Source: an uncultured Candidatus Berkelbacteria bacterium
GTDB taxonomy: Bacteria; Patescibacteriota; UBA1384; UBA12157
Direction: 5' to 3'
NCBI GenBank assembly: GCA_903877885.1
Contig: CAIRFN010000004.1
Span: 19,869 to 83,868 of the forward strand
Length of the DNA stretch: 64,000 bases
The notes under the pieces were generated by a model. That model saw only the letters and a program-made list of their open reading frames with translations. It made no database searches and was not told the origin of the DNA. This document shows, one piece after another, positions 37,879-46,591 of the stretch (its first letter is position 1; each line of letters starts with the position of its first letter). Position numbers and translations under genes: made by a program.

Positions 37879-38613
37879 TTAGCTATTTAAATTTAATTCG
37901 TTGTCGCAAAGATATTTGGCAAGACTGACCAGATTGATTTGTGGGACGATTTTCACTTGCCCGATTGTTTTAATTTCAGCAATGTTTTGCGGCATTTTTG
38001 CAATTTGTGCTAAACATTCTTCTTTGCTAAAAAGAGGCTTCATGCGTGAGTCAAACTCGTCCAATATTCCGTCTTTGCCGGCTTTTTGAAAAAAATTCCT
38101 GTATAATGACGGTTGCTTAGGTATGAATTCAACCATTTTCTCCCAGTAAGGATAATTGTTTACGCTCCAGTGCGCATAATTTTCTGCGTAATCGGATGGG
38201 TTAAACCATATGTCTGTCAATGCGCCAACAGGGTTGTTATAGCCGAGTAGGTAATATTGGCTGTATCTGCAGCTATCTTCAGGAATTCTAAAAAATATTT
38301 CTTTCATGAAGAATTGTTCGGTAAAGCTATAAACAATCATTTGTGTCGGTGAGTTGATGGCAATTGCAATACCTGCTAAGTGGTCGTTTTGACAATGAGC
38401 ATCAAATTCGCCTTCATAATGAGCGTTGATGATAGGTTCTGAGCTATCATGATCTTCAGGAAGACGATTATTAGGATGAATATACCCATTTATGTATATT
38501 GGCAATTCTTTAGGAATAGGCTCATCGCTCGCATTTCGGAGTGTATTGTATAATTCCCGAATAGTTGTTTCAAAGATCTTCATTGCTTGTTCTGACGCTG
38601 TCATAATGTGCAC
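37879..38613 (-). CDS. Hypothetical protein
   Basis: 244-aa ORF with no motifs. Minus-strand terminator ccgcccgaatcttcgagcgg+T5 downstream at about 37829-37860. Confidence 0.35.
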   Translation of the reverse strand: MHIMTASEQAMKIFETTIRELYNTLRNASDEPIPKELPIYINGYIHPNNRLPEDHDSSEPIINAHYEGEFDAHCQNDHLAGIAIAINSPTQMIVYSFTEQFFMKEIFFRIPEDSCRYSQYYLLGYNNPVGALTDIWFNPSDYAENYAHWSVNNYPYWEKMVEFIPKQPSLYRNFFQKAGKDGILDEFDSRMKPLFSKEECLAQIAKMPQNIAEIKTIGQVKIVPQINLVSLAKYLCDNELNLNS

Positions 38614-38876
38614 CTCCTGATAGGATAGCTTTATTTTAGCATAAGCCGAGAAAAAGTCAATAATAACAAAGAGTAACCGTATAATATTTGTTTCAAAATT
38701 TGTTACAAAGTGAGTATTGATATTGTCGATTATCTTTATGAAAAAGATAAAATCGTATTTTTTTGAGTTGGTAATAATAGATTATAAAAGTTTATATGCA
38801 TTGACAACATAAATAAAATACTATATTATTGAGTCCATCTGCTAGTCAGAGCATTTTAATAATGGAGGTTACGTTC

Positions 38877-39776
38877 ATGGTTGTCAGATTACCAAGCGCC
38901 AATCATTTTTTCAAAGGTACTAATGCCGACGAAAAAAACTATGCGAAGGAGTGTAAAAGATTGCTCCCAATAGTTGAAAAAGTATTTCAAAAATGGGTAA
39001 ATGAAATTCATCCTCAAAACAATGAAAAATTTATATATATATCTGTGAGTCAAATTCCTCTGCCACCTAGTGATGATTTTATTGGTATCTACCCAATTAG
39101 TGTATTGGATAGTGTGTTGGACAATAAGGGAAGAATCGGTCTATTAGCTATTTATAGAAAAGCTAAAGGTGAGTTTGGCTGGGAGTGTGCTATTTATCCA
39201 TCTAAAGAAAGTACAGTAAAAGAGCTAATTATTAAGACTAAAGTTGGTAATGCAAGCTTTATTAATTCAAGGATTAATAACTTAAGTCCAAAAATGGAAC
39301 AGTTTTTTACTGAAGCCAATCGAGTTAGTGAAGCTCTTATGCAATATGATACAATCGAATTATTTTTAGTCTCTCTGAGAAATTCAATCACTAGTGATGG
39401 GCTTATTCATGAAAGCGTTTTGCGGCAAAAATTGGTTGATTTCCATAAAAAATCTTTGAGAGCAATTACGATTGACAGATGTATCGCCTGGCTTTTGGAT
39501 GGTGGCATATTAAATGCAATCGAAGAAAATGGAAATTATAAATTTAAACCAATGGAATACTTCTTTTTGCTTTGTTATAAATATGATATCAAGGAAAAAG
39601 AAAATACTCAGATGAAACTGAACTTAGAATTAAAAAGGTTATTTTCTAAACGAGACAAAGCTTTAAAAGCCAAAAAAGATTTTCTGGAGGAGGCTGAAAA
39701 ACAATCAAGAATCGTTGATTCATTAGATATCGAGATTAACGATATTTCTAATAAGCTCACTGAAACCAATGATTGA
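38877..39776 (+). CDS. Hypothetical protein with a C-terminal coiled-coil. ATG at 38877 after RBS aatggagg.
   Basis: ORF only. Low-GC region. Confidence 0.35.
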   Translation: MVVRLPSANHFFKGTNADEKNYAKECKRLLPIVEKVFQKWVNEIHPQNNEKFIYISVSQIPLPPSDDFIGIYPISVLDSVLDNKGRIGLLAIYRKAKGEFGWECAIYPSKESTVKELIIKTKVGNASFINSRINNLSPKMEQFFTEANRVSEALMQYDTIELFLVSLRNSITSDGLIHESVLRQKLVDFHKKSLRAITIDRCIAWLLDGGILNAIEENGNYKFKPMEYFFLLCYKYDIKEKENTQMKLNLELKRLFSKRDKALKAKKDFLEEAEKQSRIVDSLDIEINDISNKLTETND

Positions 39777-39941
39777 ATTATAAAAATGAGCGCCGCAATA
39801 TCTTTATAGTATGCCGAAGTGCGAGAATGAACGACTTCCTTAATTAATTCTTCGTTCTATTAAGTTGTTAGAGAATAAATTCCCTTGACAATTAATTTTA
39901 ATATAGTAGTATAAAGATAATCTAGGATCGATAATAGATGT

Positions 39942-40018
39942 TCCCCTGTAGCTCAGTTGGATAGAGCATCTGTCTTCGGAACAGAGTGTCGCAGGTTCGA
40001 ATCCTGTCAGGGGAACCA
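39942..40018 (+). tRNA. tRNA-Arg (anticodon TCG), CCA encoded
   Basis: Manual fold: acceptor tcccctg/cagggga, D-arm tagctcagttggatagagca, anticodon stem tctgt/acaga, loop ctTCGga. Confidence 0.75.
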
Positions 40019-40057
40019 ATCTATTCAAAATCCAAAACTCACTCAAATGCCGTACGT

Positions 40058-40134
40058 TCCCGGGTAGCTCAGTTGGATAGAGCATGAGATTGCGGATCTC
40101 AAGGTCGTGGGTTCGAGTCCCATCTCGGGAACCA
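40058..40134 (+). tRNA. tRNA-Arg (anticodon GCG), CCA encoded. G34 rather than the usual A34.
   Basis: Same scaffold as the neighbouring tRNA-Arg. Anticodon stem tgaga/tctca, loop ttGCGga. Confidence 0.65.
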
Positions 40135-40223
40135 TCCCTTTTCCTTCTTTTCTCCACCTCCCGTCATTAGTTGACGGGTTTTTTATTTAAAAAAGCGCTG
40201 ATTTAATTCAGCGCTGTAATAGA

Positions 40224-41255
40224 TTATAAATTTATACTCCAGATTTTAGTATCAGGGGTTTGTTCAAAACCAAGCCTGTAGAATGCTGGGTCCATAATCA
40301 TCCAAGTCGGACATTGTTTGATATCGACAGATAATTGTTTGCAACAAAGATTTTTAGCCTCAGAAATTGCAGCCTCAGCCATTTTAATGGTTGTGTCATA
40401 ATCGTCAAGAATACCTTGAACGGCCATAGTTTGGATTATCAAAGTTTCAGTTTCTACTGAATGGACAAGTTTCATACACCCATGAATATCACTATCAATA
40501 GCGTAAACGTAGAATTCATTAATATTTGTGCTGATATATTTTATGTCAGCACGATGATAAAAACTATCTTGAGCTAAAATTCTGATGATTTCAGCAATAT
40601 CGTCATTATTTGCTTTACGGCAATTTTGATAAATATTAGCAGAAATCATTGTTCCGACTCCTTCTGTCGAAAATAGTTCTTTGATTAAACTATTTTCTCG
40701 ATGACGGTGTCCAGAGATAAAATGGACCCTCTTAATTCCTTCTTCGCAGGCTTTTATAGCTAGAAGGAGTTTATGTTTCATAAAACCTTTGATAACTGAT
40801 GTGTCGGCAATATTTTTAGCACTAGCTATATCAAGCTGATGTAGAAGCGCTTGTTCGTTATTGTATATGCCATCACTGGTAGTGATAAAAATTAATTTAT
40901 CCGCTCCTATCTTGATAGCTAATTCATAAGCGCGTACATCAGCGTCTTCATCTGCGCCTTTGATTAAAATAGGTATTATTCCATGTCCCATTTCAGTAAA
41001 ACCAGCCGAGAAGTCATATAGTAGACTCATGTCATCGATAACACTACCCAGCGGCTCGATTCCGGCCAAATAGATTAGCATATTTGTTGTCTCGGCTATC
41101 AAAATAATGTCTTTAGCTAAACCATTTTTTAATATATTTTCGCAGACATTGTGGTCGATTTTGATGACAACTTTCTGTCCATCAAAATGCTTAGCATAGA
41201 GTAGTACATTCCTGATTAAACGGCTCGTATTCATGATTTTCCTCCTTTGCAACAA
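40224..41255 (-). CDS. N-acetylglutamate-synthase-like protein: amino-acid-kinase fold fused to a C-terminal GNAT acetyltransferase domain
   Basis: AAK-fold blocks (VVIKIDHN..., IPILIKGADEDADVRAYELAIKIGADKLIFITTSDGIY, GVGTMIS) and a C-terminal GNAT-like ~130 aa. The Gly-rich phosphate loop is degenerate. Confidence 0.5.
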   Translation of the reverse strand: MLQRRKIMNTSRLIRNVLLYAKHFDGQKVVIKIDHNVCENILKNGLAKDIILIAETTNMLIYLAGIEPLGSVIDDMSLLYDFSAGFTEMGHGIIPILIKGADEDADVRAYELAIKIGADKLIFITTSDGIYNNEQALLHQLDIASAKNIADTSVIKGFMKHKLLLAIKACEEGIKRVHFISGHRHRENSLIKELFSTEGVGTMISANIYQNCRKANNDDIAEIIRILAQDSFYHRADIKYISTNINEFYVYAIDSDIHGCMKLVHSVETETLIIQTMAVQGILDDYDTTIKMAEAAISEAKNLCCKQLSVDIKQCPTWMIMDPAFYRLGFEQTPDTKIWSINL

Positions 41256-42442
41256 AAATGACGAATTAGCTCGACATAATGAGTAATGTGGATCGGATCA
41301 AGGAAATTTTCATCAATAGATTCGAAGTCTTGATGCGCATCCCTAATCGATCCCGGCCCTAATATTATTGTATCAGCGCCAGTTCTATGACTAAATATAG
41401 TGGCTTCAGAGCTATAGGAAACTCCTTCGGCTTTTCTATCAAAAATTGTTTCAGCTGCTTCAACCAAATTACATGATTTACTTGTCTCAAGTGGTAGAGT
41501 TGGCGAAGTATTGAACTCAACTTGAATATTTATTCTCTTGTCTTCACTCCGATTCCGATTAATATTATCCGCTATTTGTTCGATAGTAGATTCTAAAAGA
41601 TTGAAAATCGTACCACTATCCTGTCCGTGCATAAAACGTATATCACATTCCAGTTTTATTTCACCAGGAATGATATTTTTAGCTGCATTTGCCCCCATGA
41701 CAATATTACCAATATTCATAGTGGCGTAGTTAGGATCATAATTAACATCTTTAAATTTTCTTAGATGTAGTCCAAATTTTTCAAGTCCGTCAATTACTTG
41801 TGGCAAAGCAATTGTTATTACGTTTACTAAATCTCGAGGGTCAGAACTGTGACTACAACCTTTATTACTTTTCCGCGTGATATTTATTCGGAAGAACATA
41901 TAGCCTTTCTGAAAACGCATCGGGACAAGTAAAGTTGGTTCGCCAACGATAATATTTTTTGCGGGAATAAATTCTTTTTCTGAAAGAAGAAGTTTAACAC
42001 CTTTACAACCTAGTTCTTCGGTATGCGTAAAATATAAAGCCAGACTCTCTGATAGGTCTTCATCTGGAATAGAACTAGCTGCTAGCATGGCCATAGCCAA
42101 AAAAAGTTTCATATCAGTTATGCCTAAACCTTGATATCTTTTTCCTTTTTTAGCGACTGTAAAAACATTGTCTTTCCAGCTTTTGGGATTATAAGAAACA
42201 GTATCAGTATGACCAGATAAAGCTAAGATTGGTTTAGCACTTGGTCCTTTAACGGCCACAAGGTTTGTTTTTTTGCCATTGCCGAAAGAAGTGATTTTGA
42301 ATCTATTTTTTTCACAAAATTCTGCAATGTATTCCAGTGTTAATTTATAACCAGTACCGTCATCAGAAACTACACACTCTTTACTGATAGTGTTAAAACT
42401 TACTAATCTGGTGACCAGATCGAGTAAAGTCAGAGTTTTCAT
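41231..42442 (-). CDS. M20-family metallohydrolase (ArgE/DapE-like deacylase)
   Basis: ALSGHTDTV and GITDMK metal-binding motifs. It overlaps the downstream NAGS-like gene, so it is an operon. Confidence 0.75.
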   Translation of the reverse strand: MKTLTLLDLVTRLVSFNTISKECVVSDDGTGYKLTLEYIAEFCEKNRFKITSFGNGKKTNLVAVKGPSAKPILALSGHTDTVSYNPKSWKDNVFTVAKKGKRYQGLGITDMKLFLAMAMLAASSIPDEDLSESLALYFTHTEELGCKGVKLLLSEKEFIPAKNIIVGEPTLLVPMRFQKGYMFFRINITRKSNKGCSHSSDPRDLVNVITIALPQVIDGLEKFGLHLRKFKDVNYDPNYATMNIGNIVMGANAAKNIIPGEIKLECDIRFMHGQDSGTIFNLLESTIEQIADNINRNRSEDKRINIQVEFNTSPTLPLETSKSCNLVEAAETIFDRKAEGVSYSSEATIFSHRTGADTIILGPGSIRDAHQDFESIDENFLDPIHITHYVELIRHFCCKGGKS

Positions 42443-42488
42443 GGTTTATCCTCCGTCAGATAAATTGTCAAGGTTCCTTGATTACTTC

Positions 42489-42505
42489 TGTTCTATCACA
42501 GAACA
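42489..42505. promoter_or_regulatory. Inverted repeat TGTTCT-N5-AGAACA in the divergent intergenic region between argS and the M20/NAGS-like operon (candidate operator)
   Basis: Read directly from the sequence. Confidence 0.35.
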
Positions 42506-42611
42506 AATAATAAATCAACTAAAATATTTAGGCATCTTGACATTAGTTGAATATAATGTTATTAATAAGGCCAGCGTACCTTAACTTATCAATAAAAAGG
42601 GGGATTGTCCG

Positions 42612-44462
42612 ATGACAAGTATTGTGACTCTGCGACAACATATTACCGACATGGTAATTACGATGCTCGAAAAGGTTTATAAGAAAAAACCCGAGGTTGT
42701 TAACCTCTCATTGGCTACCGATTTGCGATTCGGCGATTTTCAGATTGCTTGTTTTCAATTTGCTAAGTTCGCAAAGACAAGTCCTGTCGAAATTGCCAAA
42801 GTAATTGCACTGGAATTGGGTAGTTCACCAGACTGGATTTTTTCAAAAGTCGAAGCTATTGGTCCGTATGTTAACCTTACAATTAAGCCAAATCTCTTAT
42901 TTAGTTTGGTTTGTCTTGATTTAGATCAACATGATTTGTTTAGTCAAATATCAATTGGTCATGGTCAGAAGGTAATGGTTGAATATCTCTCGCCAAATAC
43001 AAATAAACCGCTTCATCTCGGTCATGTTCGTAACGGCGTGTTAGGTACGGCATTATCTAATATTTTGACATTAGTGGGTTACAATTTAATCAAAGCTAAT
43101 TTGATCAATGACCGTGGTATCCATATCTGTAAATCAATGTTAGCTTGGCAACGTTGGGGAAATGGCGAGACGCCTGAAACAAATAGTAAAAAAGGCGATC
43201 ACTTAGTTGGCGATTATTATGTTAAATTTGATACTGAGTTTAAAAAGCAACTTTATTCATTAAGAGATGATCGACCAGAATTGAGTGGAAAAACTGATAA
43301 AGAAATTGATGAACTCGCTGACGATTATTTTTTCGAAACTGAAATCGGTCAAGCAGCGCAAGCAATGTTGCGGCATTGGGAGGATGGGAATCAAGAAATC
43401 CGTGATATTTGGAAGATGATGAATCAATGGGTTTACGCTGGTTTTAACGAAACCTACGAGCAATATGGCTTTTCTTTTGATCGTTTTTATTATGAAAATC
43501 AAACTTATTTACTCGGTAAAGATATCGTTCAATCTGGTATTGACCGCGGAATATTTGTTACTGAAGAGAACGGTCAAGTTGTGGCATTATTACCCAAAGA
43601 TGGGTTTGGCTTAGAATCGGGTGGTCACCAAAAACGTATTACCGTGTTGCGCCCTGATGGCACTAGTGTTTATATGACACAGGATATTGGAACTGCTCAG
43701 TTAAAATATGATGATTACGGTTTAGATCGTTCAATTTATATTGTTGGTTCGGAGCAGAACTATCATTTCCAATGTCTATTTCATATTCTAAAGTCACTTG
43801 GATTTAATTGGGCACACGGTTGTTTTCATCTTTCATACGGTATGGTTTATTTACCGCATGGTCGGATGAAATCACGAGAGGGTACAGTAGTTGATGCCGA
43901 TAATTTATTGGAAGAAGTGATTAAGCTTGCAGAGGTGCAAGTTAGAAGTCACAACGAAAATTTACCTTGTCGTGAGATTCTGAAACGGGCACACGATATC
44001 GCTTTAGCAGCCATTAAGTTCTTTTTGTTACGTGTTGGCTCTAGTGTCGATATTCATTTTGATCCAGAAGAATCACTTTCGTTTGAAGGTAATACTGGCC
44101 CGTATTGTCAATATGCTTTTGCTCGAGCCTGTTCTGTAATGGAAAAAGCTGCAAATTTAAGTTTAATACAAACGCCAAATTTCAGTTTATTAGGTAATGC
44201 TGAAGAACGAGCATTGGCTCAAAAGATTATCGGTTTCGCCGATAGTGTTAAAGCGTCTGCTGAAGATATGAGTCCTTCGAAAGTGGCAAACTATATCTTC
44301 GATTTAGCTCGAGCCTTTAATCTGTTCTACGAAAAGCATAAGATTATCGATAGTGACAATATTGAATTAACCACTGCAAGATTTGCTTTGGTTCGTTCAG
44401 TGGCTATGGTGTTAAAACGAGGACTGTTATTATTGGGAATTCCGGTTTTGGAAAATATGTAA
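42612..44462 (+). CDS. argS: Arginyl-tRNA synthetase
   Basis: Class I HIGH-region PLHLGHVRNG, MKSREG (KMSKS variant), N-terminal Arg_tRNA_synt_N-like domain, DALR-like C-terminus. Confidence 0.9.
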   Translation: MTSIVTLRQHITDMVITMLEKVYKKKPEVVNLSLATDLRFGDFQIACFQFAKFAKTSPVEIAKVIALELGSSPDWIFSKVEAIGPYVNLTIKPNLLFSLVCLDLDQHDLFSQISIGHGQKVMVEYLSPNTNKPLHLGHVRNGVLGTALSNILTLVGYNLIKANLINDRGIHICKSMLAWQRWGNGETPETNSKKGDHLVGDYYVKFDTEFKKQLYSLRDDRPELSGKTDKEIDELADDYFFETEIGQAAQAMLRHWEDGNQEIRDIWKMMNQWVYAGFNETYEQYGFSFDRFYYENQTYLLGKDIVQSGIDRGIFVTEENGQVVALLPKDGFGLESGGHQKRITVLRPDGTSVYMTQDIGTAQLKYDDYGLDRSIYIVGSEQNYHFQCLFHILKSLGFNWAHGCFHLSYGMVYLPHGRMKSREGTVVDADNLLEEVIKLAEVQVRSHNENLPCREILKRAHDIALAAIKFFLLRVGSSVDIHFDPEESLSFEGNTGPYCQYAFARACSVMEKAANLSLIQTPNFSLLGNAEERALAQKIIGFADSVKASAEDMSPSKVANYIFDLARAFNLFYEKHKIIDSDNIELTTARFALVRSVAMVLKRGLLLLGIPVLENM

Positions 44463-44481
44463 TATTTGAAGATTCCAGCTG

Positions 44482-44507
44482 GCCGTTGTGAAAACAACGG
44501 CTTTTTT
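44482..44507 (+). terminator. Rho-independent terminator after argS
   Basis: gccgttgt-gaaa-acaacggc followed by TTTTTT. Confidence 0.7.
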
Positions 44508-44515
44508 GATACTTA

Positions 44516-44544
44516 TTGACAAAATTGAAGTTTCATGTGATAAT
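44516..44544 (+). promoter_or_regulatory. Promoter with an extended -10 (TTGACA-N14-TGTGATAAT) driving tRNA-Arg(TCT)
   Basis: ttgaca at 44516-44521 and tgtgataat at 44536-44544. Confidence 0.5.
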
Positions 44545-44559
44545 AGCCAAAGTTGATGT

Positions 44560-44637
44560 TCCCGTGTAGCTCAGTTCGGATAGAGCAACTGCCTTCTAAG
44601 CAGTAGGTCACCGGTTCAAATCCGGTCACGGGAACCA
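44560..44637 (+). tRNA. tRNA-Arg (anticodon TCT), CCA encoded
   Basis: Acceptor tcccgtg/cacggga, D-arm tagctcagttcggatagagca, anticodon stem actgc/gcagt, loop ctTCTaa. Confidence 0.75.
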
Positions 44638-44737
44638 ATTATCTTTTTTAAAGGCCGCCTTCGGGCGGCCTTATTCATTGACAATTTTTAACTTATAGAA
44701 TAGAATACAATTAACCGACGAGGTAAGGAGGTTGGTC

Positions 44738-45094
44738 ATGATTGTAATGGGTTGCAATGAGGAAACTGTACCTCTGCAGATGGTCAACTATCTGCTTCAG
44801 GTCTTTCGACAGTTTGGCAAAGTTGGTATTGCCGCTAACAGTATTAATTCTCAAAGTATCGCGATTCGAAGTATGCAATTACTTTGCGAAGAAATTTCGC
44901 AAGAAGATCGGCACAAAATAGAATTCTACGTACTTGATGAAGACATTAATGTGTTAGGAGAAAGTAAACTTGCTGGTTTAGAAGCTGTACCGATTACTGA
45001 CATTGATAAAGCGATGAATCGATTCAACCAAACTCATAACGGATTTCATTATATTTGTCTCGTTGCAAAAAAATGTTTAGACTACCAAATCTGA
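44738..45094 (+). CDS. Hypothetical small protein. ATG at 44738 after RBS aaggagg.
   Basis: ORF followed by a terminator (ccgggctaacacccgg+T7 at about 45100-45125). Confidence 0.35.
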   Translation: MIVMGCNEETVPLQMVNYLLQVFRQFGKVGIAANSINSQSIAIRSMQLLCEEISQEDRHKIEFYVLDEDINVLGESKLAGLEAVPITDIDKAMNRFNQTHNGFHYICLVAKKCLDYQI

Positions 45095-45129
45095 ATTTCC
45101 GGGCTAACACCCGGTTTTTTTATTCTCTA

Positions 45130-45290
45130 TTGACAAGATGAATAAAACAATTTATATTAAAATTACGAATATGAATATAATCCGTCGTCGAAATTTATTA
45201 AATCGCTTAAGGTTGCTTGATGGCAATTTGACTTAGTATTATCAAAAAAATCGAATTTCTATCAAGCGACCTTAAGCGAGGTCGTTTTTT
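45130..45290 (+). promoter_or_regulatory. Candidate transcription-attenuation leader: promoter, Arg-codon-rich leader peptide, and alternative antiterminator and terminator helices
   Basis: ttgaca 45130-35 and tatatt 45153-58. Segment 45204-45221 is complementary (18 bp, one G.U) to 45261-45278. The latter overlaps the terminator stem cgacc(45267-71)/ggtcg(45280-84) plus T6. Confidence 0.55.
45171..45236 (+). CDS. Putative leader peptide MNIIRRRNLLNRLRLLDGNLT (21 aa; 5 Arg codons including the cgt-cgt-cga tandem)
   Basis: An in-frame ATG at 45138 would extend it to 32 aa. Poor or no SD. It lies entirely within the attenuator-like leader. Confidence 0.4.
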   Translation: MNIIRRRNLLNRLRLLDGNLT

Positions 45291-45334
45291 GTATTCTCGG
45301 TACCTTACAACTTATGCGCAAAGGGGGAATGGTC

Positions 45335-46591
45335 ATGGCGAAGATATTTGAATGTCTAATCTGTGGTAATACAGTTTATGAAAGTGATATTTACACACAC
45401 AAAGCTGTACATCCTGGTTTAAAAAGCTATGGTTATATGTGGCCAAGCTATTATGAAGAAAACCCAAATCGGAATCTTCGGTTAGCTCCAATTCACCAGT
45501 CTACATTATTTGCTGAGGCTATCGGTGTAAGTGAAGTGTATATTCGTGACGAAGGCCAAAATCTTTCTGGTAGTATGAAAGATTATATCGTTGAAGAAGC
45601 AGTGAATTTAGGTATTGCTGACGGCGCCAATGTTTTTACAGTAGTTTCAAGCGGTAATCAAGCTTTTTCATTAGCTAAATACACGCAATTGGCTGGGAAA
45701 AAAGCTGTTTTGTTCGCACCAGAATCATCATCAAAGATTGGTATACTTTCTACTCTAGATAACGTTTTCATCTTAGCTGTAAAAGATGCCATCTTCGAAG
45801 ATGTATATCGTTTGGCAGCGGATCTAAACTTACCTGGCGTGTACAACGCCAATGTAACGAACGATTTATTGCTACCTGGTTTAGTTACAGTGAGTCGACA
45901 GATTATTGAGGCAGGGCTTAATATCGATTATGTTTTGTCTGGTGTTGGTAATGGTACATATTTGGCTGGCCTAACACTTGGCTTTATGAAGTATCGATAC
46001 GCTTTGCCAAAAATCATTCCAGTTGGGATGATGGGGGCTTTCCCAACTCAAGTCGCACTTGAAAACGGGATATCTTGTTATGAATATCAAGACTTTCAAG
46101 TTGATGAATCGATTATAGATGCGGCTGAAGGTTCGATTGCTATTGCTAGTTACAGTATGCCTCAGCTCATCCATGCTATCACTGTTTCCAATGGTTTTTG
46201 TCTTGGCGATTTACTTAATTCTGATTTGGCTACAGCCTATGATCTTTTGTATCAGGACAAAGCGTTGGTTGATGCAGGTGCTATTCCTGAACCAACAGGT
46301 ATAATGGGTTTAGCTGCGGCAATCAAATATCGCAACTGTTTTGGGTCAAAAAGTCGTTTACTTATCTCATTTACTGGTCATGGAGTCAAAGATTTAGAGG
46401 GAATTAAGCGACTTGTGCCAAATTTGTATGACGAATTGTCTGCGGCGGCTTTAGCTAGTCGTCCGGATTTATCTGTGTCCTTCGCGGAAATGGATATGTC
46501 CAAGATCAAGCTAATCGACAAAGAAATGTCAAAAACTGACATTGAGTCGATAGTGTATAACTGGCTTCGGAAAGAAGGGGGTAACTTATGA
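45335..46591 (+). CDS. PLP-dependent fold-type-II enzyme (threonine-synthase/Trp-synthase-beta-like) with an N-terminal C2H2-like zinc ribbon. ATG at 45335 is preferred.
   Basis: PLP-lysine region NLSGSMKDY and SSGNQAFSLAKY (cf. ThrC SSGNTA). N-terminus CLICGNTVYESDIYTHKAVH (C-x2-C-x12-H-x3-H). Confidence 0.65.
   Translation: MAKIFECLICGNTVYESDIYTHKAVHPGLKSYGYMWPSYYEENPNRNLRLAPIHQSTLFAEAIGVSEVYIRDEGQNLSGSMKDYIVEEAVNLGIADGANVFTVVSSGNQAFSLAKYTQLAGKKAVLFAPESSSKIGILSTLDNVFILAVKDAIFEDVYRLAADLNLPGVYNANVTNDLLLPGLVTVSRQIIEAGLNIDYVLSGVGNGTYLAGLTLGFMKYRYALPKIIPVGMMGAFPTQVALENGISCYEYQDFQVDESIIDAAEGSIAIASYSMPQLIHAITVSNGFCLGDLLNSDLATAYDLLYQDKALVDAGAIPEPTGIMGLAAAIKYRNCFGSKSRLLISFTGHGVKDLEGIKRLVPNLYDELSAAALASRPDLSVSFAEMDMSKIKLIDKEMSKTDIESIVYNWLRKEGGNL

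Noticed and set aside
39840-40157. 105-aa minus-strand ORF.
   Set aside because: It overlaps both tRNA-Arg genes completely and is translated from tRNA antisense sequence.
42556-42615. 18-aa upstream ORF (MLLIRPAYLNLSIKRGIVR) whose stop overlaps the argS ATG, as a second Arg leader peptide.
   Set aside because: Its ATG lies within the best -10 candidate (tataat 42552-57). Its Arg/Gly codons are the argS Shine-Dalgarno (aagggggatt). There are no alternative terminator and antiterminator structures.
45095-45300. T-box riboswitch as an alternative explanation for the leader upstream of 45335.
   Set aside because: The leader is only about 120 nt. It lacks a specifier-loop or T-box consensus (AATTAGGGTGGNACCGCG-like). 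It instead contains a translatable Arg-codon-rich ORF positioned as in peptide-mediated attenuation.
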